Assembly: GCA_019828565.1 (NCBI GenBank) | Contig: JAHDYR010000038.1 | Location: forward strand, 939,782 to 1,003,781 | Direction: 5' to 3' | Source of the DNA: Carpediemonas membranifera BICM | Lineage: Eukaryota > Protista > Fornicata | DNA: 64,000 nt | In this document: one piece after another, positions 10,207 to 20,303 of the stretch | Layout: every line of letters starts with the position of its first letter | How positions within the stretch are numbered: position 1 is the stretch's first letter | Program-made: the position numbers and the translations under genes | The notes under the pieces: model-generated | The model's database searches: none | Seen by the model: only the letters and a program-made list of their open reading frames with translations | Told to the model about the DNA's origin: nothing

Positions 10207-12747
10207 ATGGTTGCTCATATTGTGTTCGAGAGCCACATCGGTACAATATATGATGACCAGCCACGCTCAGTTGAGCGCATGAATTACCTTCTTGGCTGTA
10301 CCTACTTCGCCATGGTCGGAATTGGCCTCAACTCCGCCAGAACAAGACCTCAGCGCGAGCAATTCTGCCAGCTCGTCCGCGAGATGGAGGAGGCGGACCT
10401 GATCTCCCAGCGCATTCACGACGCAAGGTTCTTCCGCCCTCCAGCAGACTCCCGTCCCTTCCAACGTGCCGCAACCGCACACGGAAATCAACACCCTCCT
10501 CACCCTGTCTTCGTACGGGACGATTACCGCACCCACGCCATCCAGGAGCGTGCTGTGCAGGACAACAACGACTCAGAGGAGCGCTCCGCCAACTTTTCTG
10601 AGATCATGGAGCTCACATCGATCCTGATGTACGTCCGCAATGGCTTCAACTCGACCCAAGAGCTCTTTAAGCTCATCAACAACATCTCCCGCCGGCTTGG
10701 AAAGCCGATCTCGAAGAACAAGACCGCGGAGGTGCTCATTAAGGACCTTGGAATTGACATGACCAGAATATCTGGTGTCTCAGAGGCCCTCACTGAGGAG
10801 GAGCGCGCCTTCGTCAAGCATCTCGTGCCGTGCAGGTCGGTCTCAGGCAATACAACATGGCGGCGTACCATGTCCGGCACGCAGTCGCGACTTGAGTTCA
10901 CGAACCGTTTGACTGTAGCCGACGGAGCCGAGCCGACTCCGTTTTTCGACCACGACCTCGTCGCCGACCACACTTGGGAGCGACCGACGCTCACCCTCCA
11001 CTATGACAGCGAATCCGACGCTGTCCAGCACTACCAGTCCCTCAAAGGCAGTGTAGGTATCGCCCATCTGGGCAAGCGACTGAACAGCTCGACCTGGGAC
11101 AAGGTGGAAACGGTGTGGTTCGATGGCGTGTGCTATCTGCAGCAGGCAGTGCTTCACCCGGAGTGGCTCGAGTCTGACCAGACGAACTTCGAGCGTTGCT
11201 CTCGTGCCCTTCAGGACCCAGGCCATGTCGAGTTCCAACCACTAAAACTACTCCTGTGGCTCGACGCATGGAAGGGACATACCGCAACGTTCAAGATCCG
11301 CATCTACGACCCGTCAGGCTTCACGTTCCCTAACCGCATCACTCCCCCCTTCCGACTCGTTGAGTGTCTTTGCCGGTGAGAAGGAGCTGACGGAGGAGGG
11401 AAACCTTCAACTCGTTGAGGAAGAAGTCGAGCGGATCTATCAAGCCCTCATACCGATCAGAGGAACTGACCAGGTCACCACCTTCGACCAAGTCATCGTC
11501 ATGGGCGATCACGCGGCCATCAGGAAGCTGTCATCCGGCATCGAGGGTAATGGAGGGCACTATCCCCAGCCCTTCAACAGCATCCGTCGAGACCACAAGG
11601 CGCTGCACCCCATTCCGGCGCACTCTCGGGTCACCTTGCATGATTTGCTCGAGCAGAAGGCAGCGTTCCACGCCGTGCAGGCCGACCCCGACCGTGTGCA
11701 GGACCCGAAAGAGGAGTATGGCAACTTCTCCGACAAGAGGGCCATCTTCGAGAACCGGCCAGAGCCCCGAGTCATCCACACGGAGCGAGTTGTCTTTTGT
11801 CCTCCGATCATGCACAACTCGCACCGCCTGCTCGAGCAAGTGGCACGGCTATGCGCCAGCTTCCCCGCTGATCGGAACGCAACTGCCGTAGACAAGCGCA
11901 AGCTCCAGCGCATGTCATCCAACCGCAGTATTGACCGCACTGTCGGGTGCAACGAGCAGTCTGCTGCCAGAGTTCGCATGGCGAACACCACGAACGAGGA
12001 TTACGAGGCTCTTCCTGAGTCCGTCCAAGATATTGTGCGACTCATTGGCTATCTCCAGGCTCTTTACTACTCAACCGAGCCTGTCACCGACAGCAAAGTC
12101 GCATTCCACTTCTTGGCCGCGTCCATGTGCCACCTGTTCCACGTCATGCTCAGTCTGCAGGCACACCAGACAAAGCTGGCGTTGCTCCCTCCTGGGCAAG
12201 CAGACAAGGCGGAGAAGCCATGTGCCCAGACACTCTATGTCAACAGCAGGCTCACTGCCCAGCCTCTTCTTCACGATCATCTCCGAATTCCTCTTTTTTT
12301 ACCTCCTCGAGGAGTTCTTTGAGAGAGAGTTCATCAAGAACCAGGAGGTCCGAGCCGAGTTGCACAGGTCGGCCATGATCGAGAAGCTGTGTTTGACCGA
12401 GCAGACCACCCTCATCTGCACGTTCTTAACGGGTATTCGCTCGTTCGGTCGCCAGGACTACTCAGTCCCCCCCGCTGAACAGGCTTCGTCGTGTCCGAGT
12501 CCACCAATGCTGCAGACAAGCTCGCTCATGGTTCGCCATTCGCAGCCACATGGAGGCAAGGCACCAATTCCATGCCACGGCGGCGGTGGTGCGCCTCTTC
12601 CAGGAGCTCGTTGACGAGATGTGGCAGTACGTCAACGATTATACGGCTTTGGCATGGGACGAAGAGTCTGGGGTGATGGTTTGCGAGTTGGCAGACATGG
12701 GTGAGGAGCTTGTTTGCTGCATTTGCGGTCATGCACGCGCTGAGTAG
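10207..12747 (+). CDS. RAG1/Transib-like DDE transposase (~845 aa after repairing three homopolymer frameshifts near 11345, 12295 and 12470)
   Basis: Candidate catalytic D in LWLDAW (11263), D in VMGDHAAIRKLSSGIEGNGGHY (11507; compare RAG1 [20 protein letters not shown]), PIMH, LYVNSRLTAQP (compare RAG1 NYFHKTLAHVP), and E in LLEEFFE (~12309-12323). Confidence 0.65.
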
Positions 12748-12871
12748 TGAGTAAAGGAGTTTTATTGGTCAGTACATCCCATTTGGTGTGTTTCCCCCAA
12801 CTACCAAATTTTTTTTTCAACATTGGTAGTTTCACAATTTTCACATTACGTCACTTGTTTGGTGAAAAACA

Positions 12872-13797
12872 ATGGAAACGCCACTTCCGACATGGCTGAC
12901 GATGAATTTATCGCAACACAAGGCCTATATTCAATATGTCAAGCTTTCAGACAAGTCTGAGCTCTTGCCGTCTGTCAGGGCCTTCTTCAACAGAGATCTG
13001 GCGACTTCGAACCTCGACTGTCTGAACTACTCATTCGTCATGTATGTCAGACCCACTACACTTCTTGTTAACACAGTCTCATCGCAATTCGTGGGGTTGA
13101 GATGGACAACATCAAGGCTGCATGCCTTCTCTTCCGCGAGTCGTACAGGGAGGGGCAGACCCTGAGCGGACAACTGCACCAGGAGCGGTTTGTCATCGGC
13201 TTACGGACAGCCGTCTCCTGCAGAGGTCTTGGGTTCGCGAGGGTGCTTCTTAGCATAGCATCTGCCGAAGAACTCGTCCGACTGCAGTGCGACAAGCGAC
13301 TCCAGGACATGTATGCGTCCTTTGGCCTCAAGGAGTCATCGGACCCGTCGCAGGTCGAGCAGCTGGTGGACACGGGGGGCAACCCACTTGCCATTGTCAC
13401 GATGGAGGGCACGATGGGTCCCAACAAGTGGACCAACCTCGGCAAGAGCCTGACAGAGTGCTGTGGGATGATAATGCAAGGCTCTACGTTGATCCGCGTG
13501 ACCAACCATGGTAATAGACTTGATCAGCACGCTCATGGGATGCCTGCTTCCGACAAGAGGAGTGTTGACTCGTTCGTGGAACGCACCCGTGTGTCCGTGC
13601 GCCGTGAACGTGCGGCAAAACGGCCTAACGTCACCCGAATCAGGCAGAAGTTGATGATTATCCGCCATTACAACCTTCGTTCTTTCACGCTGGTCAAAGA
13701 GATCAAGGAAACGAGGACCGAGATGCGTAAGGAGAAGAAAGCCAACTTCTGGGACAGTGAATGGAATATTTCCGTTGAGGATGACGAAGAAGTGTAA
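12872..13797 (+). CDS. GNAT-family acetyltransferase; intron 13042-13076
   Basis: A 35-nt GTATGT...TTAACACAG intron joins the two ORFs in frame. Motif A CRGLGFARVLL is followed by VRLQC...MYASFGL. Confidence 0.7.
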
Positions 13798-13821
13798 ATG
13801 AAATGAAAATAAAACAAGAAT

Positions 13822-14526
13822 TTATAGCTCCTGTGCCGAACACTCTAAGTAGTAATTCATGATGGCTTGGTATACCTTGCGACGCAGCACATCACGCGAT
13901 TCAGCCTCAGCACGTTCCGCATTCCGCTTGGCAATGACAGAAGTGAGCTGACTGAGTGTCTTAGCCTCCTTCTTCAGAACTCTGGTGGGTCTGGCGAAGA
14001 TGAGATCCGCGTCGCGGTCACGGCAAGGCTTGCTCAGGACGAGCTTGACGTCATCGACCGTCACACCGCACGATGAAGCAGCGAAGGCATGGACCTTAGC
14101 CCGGTAGGCGATGGGAATGCGGTGAAAGGCATCATCCATCTCGCGGACAGTCGCGATGAGTGGGTCGTCCGTGTCCAGCTCATCTGTCTGGGCGTCAAGA
14201 CTGAGGAGAGCCTTGAAGCGGTGACGCTTGTCCTCATCACCGCCTCCCTGCCACTTGCGGCTGATCTCTTCGACCGACTGGAGATTGCCGTAGAGCTTGT
14301 CCTTCTTCAAGGAGGCTACTTTCATCTTAGGGACCTCGGCGGCGAACTTCTGGCTGAAGTCGACAACCCATCCGTTTGCGCGGGTAATATCGTCATTATT
14401 AAGGAGGAAATTGCTGATAAAGGTCTGAACGATCTCGATGGGCGTCTTGTGAGCTTTTCGGGCTGTTTTCGTGGACTTGTTGGACTTGCTCTGGCTCTTT
14501 TGCTGCGCTTTCTTGCCAAGAGCCAT
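13822..14526 (-). CDS. Hypothetical protein with a Lys-rich N-terminus (may start at 14585 if a 20-nt intron is real)
   Basis: 234-aa ORF with protein-like composition, convergent with the GNAT gene. No recognised motif. Confidence 0.65.
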   Translation of the reverse strand: MALGKKAQQKSQSKSNKSTKTARKAHKTPIEIVQTFISNFLLNNDDITRANGWVVDFSQKFAAEVPKMKVASLKKDKLYGNLQSVEEISRKWQGGGDEDKRHRFKALLSLDAQTDELDTDDPLIATVREMDDAFHRIPIAYRAKVHAFAASSCGVTVDDVKLVLSKPCRDRDADLIFARPTRVLKKEAKTLSQLTSVIAKRNAERAEAESRDVLRRKVYQAIMNYYLECSAQEL

Positions 14527-14910
14527 TCTCCTCTCCTTTTTGAGCTTCAGTGGCCTGTATATTGCCTTGTTTACTTCTTTGCCATCGTTGTTTCCTTAAA
14601 ATGCGTGTGAAAATGTGAAATGAACTGTGACTCTCGACATTGCTGCGCAGCTATGGTATTCCAACGGCACAGAACGGGTTTATAGCATGCATATGATCCA
14701 TTCTGGTGCCTTTATCCTCTATAACCAACATCAGTCCATCAAAATGAATCTTGCAACAGAATACTCATCCACACGCATCGAGAACGAAAAAGAAGCATAT
14801 AACCAACATCAACAACCTAATAGAAGGCTGCATGCAAGCGTAGAGCTCTCCTAGTCAATTCTTCATTTTCACCACCATCGATCTCCACGTCAGGATGAAA
14901 CCGTGCGCCC

Positions 14911-14961
14911 AAAAGCTCAGAGATGCCGTTATAGATGATATAACGACGTCTCTGAGCTTTT
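14911..14961. repeat. 23-bp inverted repeat, 5-nt loop, 2 mismatches
   Basis: AAAAGCTCAGAGATGCCGTTATA-gatga-TATAACGACGTCTCTGAGCTTTT. Confidence 0.9.
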
Positions 14962-15001
14962 CAGCGATTTCAGTTTCTGGCCATGGATAAGCTACAAATC
15001 C

Positions 15002-15267
15002 TGTCAATGTTGTCCTCAGAGGACACTGAAAAATTTAATCTGTGTCCTCTGAGGACCAAATTGACAAAAATCGAAAAATGGAGCGAGGAGATGTCCATCG
15101 AAAAACGGCCAAAACAGCGCAGGTGCAGAATGAGCTGAAAAATCGGCCAAGGGGTAGCTCTTGGGTCTTTATGGCTGATCGGAGGTATTTACATGACAGC
15201 TGGCAATATTTATTGAGATAAAACGTATTTCATTTTTCGAGAAAGTCTTCTGAGGACCAAATTGACA
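15002..15267. repeat. 25-bp inverted repeat (15002-15026 / 15042-15066) plus a third arm copy at 15245-15267
   Basis: TGTCAATGTTGTCCTCAGAGGACAC-15 nt-GTGTCCTCTGAGGACCAAATTGACA. The third copy, GTCTTCTGAGGACCAAATTGACA, abuts the ATG at 15268. Confidence 0.9.
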
Positions 15268-17435
15268 ATGGTTAACGAAGACATCATCTCTCTCGGCAAA
15301 CTGAAGGAGACAATGCTTGCTCCTGACGATTCTGGTATGTCACTTTCATTTTCACGGTCCTATTTACACAGATGATTCATTCCGTGCATACGACGCCCTT
15401 TCGTCCACAAAGAGCCGTATAACCTGGCTGCAAGATCACGGCATCGTCTCTGATGACCCTCTGTTCTTCGTTTGCGTCCGTCTGATCAGCATTCGTACGA
15501 TCAACGTTGTTTTCGGGTTCCCGTTGAAGCGCACTTTAAGCCAGCACGTTCACGACTATGGAGTTGCCAAACTACGCGCGATATGTGACGCAACTAACCG
15601 CAACTACCTCTGCGAGGTCGACTTTGACTCTCCCGACACAATTGAGGCATTCCGACGGAAGTTTTGTGACCACTTCACCGCCAAATCTGTTCATAAGGCT
15701 CTAGTCGGCGTCGACTCGCTCCCCTGTTGAGAAGCAGGTTGAGATTTACCGCGCATTCCACCTTGTGTTGCGCCACAAGGACTCGAAGAAACTCGATTCT
15801 CGTGTTCCGGCAGGCCAATTTGGCCAGTTTATCGCCCACGCCCAGCTCAGCAAGAAGCTGTCCTTCGCTGGCTCAGAGAAGCTGGCCGAGGAGTTGGCTA
15901 AGATCGGTTCGCTCGATCCGTCAGCTCCTCTGAAGAGGAAGATCGCTCGTCTTGAGAAGGAGCTCGCCTCATCGACTGCTGCTCTGATGAAGGTCCAAGA
16001 GGAGTTAGTCCGGGCCCAGGATCGCTCAGCAGCAGCCACCAAGCCTTCTTCCGTCGTTGCTGCCCCTCAGCCGCTTCCGGTTGTCGACGCAGAGTCCACG
16101 ACACACGATGAATTTTCCGACACTGACGAGTCCGAGTCCGATGGCCACTCTGAACCGGCCGCCATGCAGGGTGACGGCGTTCCTTTGCCACAGTCTGATC
16201 AAGACGTCGACGTAGAGTCCGATGTGGACGACACAGACACCGTTGGTTCTCTCCTTCAGCAGCTAGACGACACCATTGCAGGCCTTGATGATGTCCCTGA
16301 GTCTGTGCGCTTGTTGGAGCAGTACGAGCCCTTGATAAAACGGCTTGCTGAGGAGAGGGAGGCGCTTGAACAGGCTAACAGAGAGTCTGAGGAGTCCCAG
16401 AAGAGACTTGAAGCTGAGTTAGGTCAGCAGAAGGCCGAGGATCAGGCGATCCATCAGTTTACTCAAGCAGAGTTGGCACGGGCGAGTGAGGCTGGGCTTG
16501 AAGCGCTCGCCGATGAACTCGAGGACAACTGGGCTGAGCTTGTCAGGCGCGCCGAGGAGGCAACAGTGGAGCTTGACCGCTACGTTCCTCTCGCTGCCTT
16601 GATGGTACTGTTCCAGAGGAACAATGTGACTGGAGCCTTATGGACTCGGATCAATAGCACCATGATGAGGTACGGGGGCCAGAAGTTCATAACGGTCCCA
16701 CCCCTCGACCTCGGTCTGTCGCCAGAGATGAAGGCTATCATCAAACAGCACTCTCCGACGCCTGCCAATGTTCCCCCTATGCAGATATACTTACGGAGCG
16801 ACGTTGATAGGCAGAAGTACATCGACGTGGAGTACGACAAGGTAGGCGAGCGAGTTCTCAAAGATCGTAAGAGTTGGTGGAAGATTGCAGTCAACCCGGA
16901 TGGATTGTGCATCGGCTACTGCCTGCAGAAGGTTGAGAATGGCGAGTTCGACAAGAAGTTTGCGGCAGAGGAAGTGGCAGCAGTGAGGGAGGAGGTGCGC
17001 GCCTGGGGATTCTCCGATGCTGGCGAGAGGCTGAGGCTTGAGACGTCTAACGTGTTCGTGCCCACCCTGATGTTCGACGATGCCACTGATTGGTACAGCA
17101 ACTTTGGTGTCATGGCCTGGTCAGCTCTGAAGAGCAAGACTGTAGTCGTTATCTGGGTCAAGATGTTGACGTACCATGACAAGTATATTGTGCGGATGCA
17201 TTTGACGGAAGTTTATGAGTCCGGCATGGTCCGGCGTGGATCTGATGAAGATGTGGCTGCGGCGCAAGCTATTGTGGTCGTCAAGGATGAGCATGCGACG
17301 CTATTTGTCCGCAAACGTTCAAAGGGTGGTAAGAGAAAGGCTCATACGACTTATATCAAGCGCAAGGCAGTCGATAAGGATCGCGAAAAGAGAGTTGTTG
17401 ATGCCGAGGACGTTAAGCGTGGAGTTCCCGAGTAA
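15268..17435 (+). CDS. Coiled-coil/acidic protein with a C-terminal OTU-like cysteine protease; intron 15335-15371, C-run frameshift near 15722
   Basis: VNPDGLCIGYCL (OTU D-G-x-C), WYSNFGVMAWSALKSKTVVVI and KDEHATLF (candidate catalytic His). A 37-nt GTATGT...TTTACACAG intron. Confidence 0.65.
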
Positions 17436-17461
17436 AAAAAGAGATGTTTTGACATTTTAAT

Positions 17462-18271
17462 TCATTTCTTCCGCTTCTTGAGTGCCGGATACTGCTCCAG
17501 GAACCTTGTGAGATAGTTCGGATGAGAAATGGGCAGACTCGGGAACCTAGCAATGGTTAAGACCTCACCCGCATCAAAGAAGATCTCGCCGTAACTGATA
17601 CGAAGAAACTCTTCGGCCTGAATGACGTTCGTCGACTCAACCGCAAGGACTGGAAGGTCCTTGAGCAAACGGTTGGTGAACTGGCAGTTGGTGTCACTCT
17701 CACTGTGGTTGATGAGGTGTACACCAATGCCTTCACCTTCGCCGGCGTCGACGTGAAGGTTGCTAGCGTCGAATGAAATGCTGTGTAAAGGCATAATGAA
17801 CAATGAACAAACACCATGTTGCTGTTATTCGCGTGGTAGTCCTCGTCGGACACAATCCTACCGGCGTAAATGCCGAGGAGCTTTCCGGGCTCAATTGCGG
17901 CAGTTGCAATGAGGCCTCTACCCACGTCCGTGTGGTCGGGAGCCAGACAAGGCTGCACCTCAACGGCAATGGAGGGGTGGGTCAGCCGGGTGGATAACCA
18001 ACTCGGGGGTTCGAGGGGAGGAAGGTCCTTCTCGGCCTCCTTAAGCTCCCCTGATCGACTCCTCGGGAGTGTTTGGGTAGATCGCGGCGACCAGATCCGG
18101 ATGCAGTGCCTGAGTATGCACAACGGATTCAATGATGGAATCTTCGCTTGAGGAATCCTCCTGAGAATCATTTGAAGGCGCAGACGGCGGCGTCTTGCCC
18201 GCAGTGGACGTAATGGGTATTCTGATACCCCCAGGCTGCGGCTTTGGTGGGAGCGCCTTTCTTCTCGCCAT
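17462..18271 (-). CDS. SET-domain methyltransferase; intron 17781-17812, G-run frameshift near 18050
   Basis: GRGLIATAAIEPGKLLGIYAG, INHS..NC and EEFLRISYG..FF. A 32-nt GTTTGT...TTTACACAG intron restores the frame. Confidence 0.8.
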
Positions 18272-18360
18272 CTGATTTTTTTTGCAAACGGACACGCGGT
18301 ATTTCTCGGGATTGATGGGGCCGTCTCACACCGTAAAGGACACACATACAATATCTTATC

Positions 18361-20060
18361 TGTAACACCAGAATGCTTGCTTATTGTGGTCCATATCCTT
18401 CTGTTCAGCGCCCGGAAGTCTATCACGAATCGAGTCTTGTCCCTCCCCTTGGGGACCAAGAAGGCCGGGGAGCCGTGAGGCGATGCCGACGGCTCGATGA
18501 ATTGGTGAGCCCGGAGCTCTTCGACGTGGGCATTCATGGCCGGAACCTTACTGTCCGGGATGAACATGGGGCGCGCCACCACCGGCGAGGGGTCGTCCAC
18601 CTGTGACGCCAGGTCATATGGCATCAGACGGCTCGGCTGGCCCACACGGTCGGCGAAGACTCGCTGGTACTGTCCCAACAGCCGGTCCTGCTCGGCTCGG
18701 TTCCCGTCCGAGAGGCAGTAAGCCTGGAGGGTGGGGGTCTGCTCCGGCACGAGCTCGGCCTCCTCGGCGGTGACCTCGCCCTCGCGGTGGTCGGTCTCCA
18801 GGGCCGGCAAGATCCCCAGCTCGACCATCGTGGGGTAGCCTATGATGATGTCGTACCCCGACCTCAGCAAGTAAGTCGTTACCCTGGTAGTGCACCCGCG
18901 GGGCGTGAACGCGGAGGGGTCAAACGTCAGGCTCAGGACGGTCGCCTGGCTGACCCTAAGCTTCCCGGCGGGGGTCTTGACCTCAACCTCCCGCCCTGTC
19001 ACTACTCGTGATCCCGCATCCAGAGCTAGGTCTGGGTCTACAAAGTCCGCGGAGGCGCCGCAGTCGAACAAGATCGACTTGACCGTCCGGCGGGTGAGGC
19101 GGCCGGAGACGATCGGCAACATCTTACGCAGCGTCCCCTCTGGGTACAGGGAGTGAAGCGACACGCACTTGCGGTCATTTACACGACCACAGAACTTGGC
19201 CAGGTGGCCGGTGCGTCCGCATGTCTCGCACTTGGCACGGCCCTTGTCGCACTTGGGGGCAATATGACCCTGAGCCCCACAGTTGTAGCACGTGGGCTGC
19301 CACTTCTGCTGCCACTTTTCCTGCTCCTCAGGCTCCCGCTCCGCATTGCGCGGCGAGGTGGGGGCCCCTGCGGTGGTGTTATGGCGCCGGTCGGAGTATG
19401 GGCGGTCACGCCGGTGGCCCCGACGGCCCGTAAATGATGTCCCAGCCCTTTCTCGATCGCGCCTCTCGGGTCGTTCGCGCAGGTTACGCGGCTCATCGGC
19501 GCAGAATCGCTTAACGAACGCCTGCGACTCGTGAACATCGCTGGCGATCACTAGAACCGTAGACATGGTCTCTTCGAGCGTCATGCCCTCCGTGCGCTCC
19601 TTAAGCGTGGACCAGGTGTTTCTGGCGCCCGGTCCGCGGAATGCGCGAAGATACAGCTCTCGTATCGTTCCTGCGGCGACGGATGCCATGCTCAACAGCG
19701 GTAGTAGCTGCCTGAAGTGGGAATTCACGGCCAGCACCTCGTTGGGGGAGAAGCCACGTGCCTCCTTGCGGAGAAGGTCGAGCTGGTTCTCCTCGCGGCG
19801 AGGACGAAGGGCGGCGCGGAGTTTCGCCTCCACGAGCAACGTACACTTTGTAGGCGGCGAGAAACTTCACGAGGGCATTAAAAGCTGGAGTCTACAAATA
19901 GGGTGCGTCCATTGAGTGTAAGTATCGATACTGTGGTCTCTAGGACGAAGAAGGTTTTAATGAACAAGGCTAACTTCCACTGAGACTGCTGAGGACTATC
20001 TTCCTCTGCATCTTCCGCTGTCAATAAATAGATACAAGAAATATATGGTCAGTGACCACA
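18361..20060 (-). mobile_element. Truncated Ty3/Gypsy element: 5' LTR, gag with two CCHC knuckles, protease, start of RT
   Basis: CYNCGAQGHIAPKC, CETCGRTGHLAKFC, LFDCGAS, SPAFLVPKG..RFVIDFRALN. Confidence 0.92.
19932..20060 (-). repeat. Putative 129-bp 5' LTR
   Basis: Termini TGTGGTC...GACCACA (7-bp inverted ends), 19 nt upstream of the gag ATG at 19912. Confidence 0.75.
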
Positions 20061-20303
20061 TCGGTAGGGAGATCGTCTTCTCCAGGGCTTCCACAAAGCG
20101 TCTTCTTCGTGGACGTCAGCACAGCTGCAAACATCACAATCGCTCACACGTCGTCTCATTGTCTCATCAAATGACGCCAAGGACAGCTGACAGGCTGTGC
20201 CCGGCGTCAGCTTCACTTCTGACCACGGCATCAAGTGTTTGCCAAGGCAGATCCCGGCCATTCGTGCAATGGCTCGCCAGCCGTATCAGATTATTTTATA
20301 ACT

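Noticed and set aside
17701-17707. RSS heptamer CACTGTG
   Set aside because: Lies inside the SET coding sequence with no nonamer or partner. No RSS-like TIRs were found for the transposase.
17557-19839. Apparent 760-aa gag-protease-RT-SET fusion ORF
   Set aside because: Chance read-through from a truncated Gypsy RT across non-coding DNA into the SET gene, which has its own ATG at 18271.
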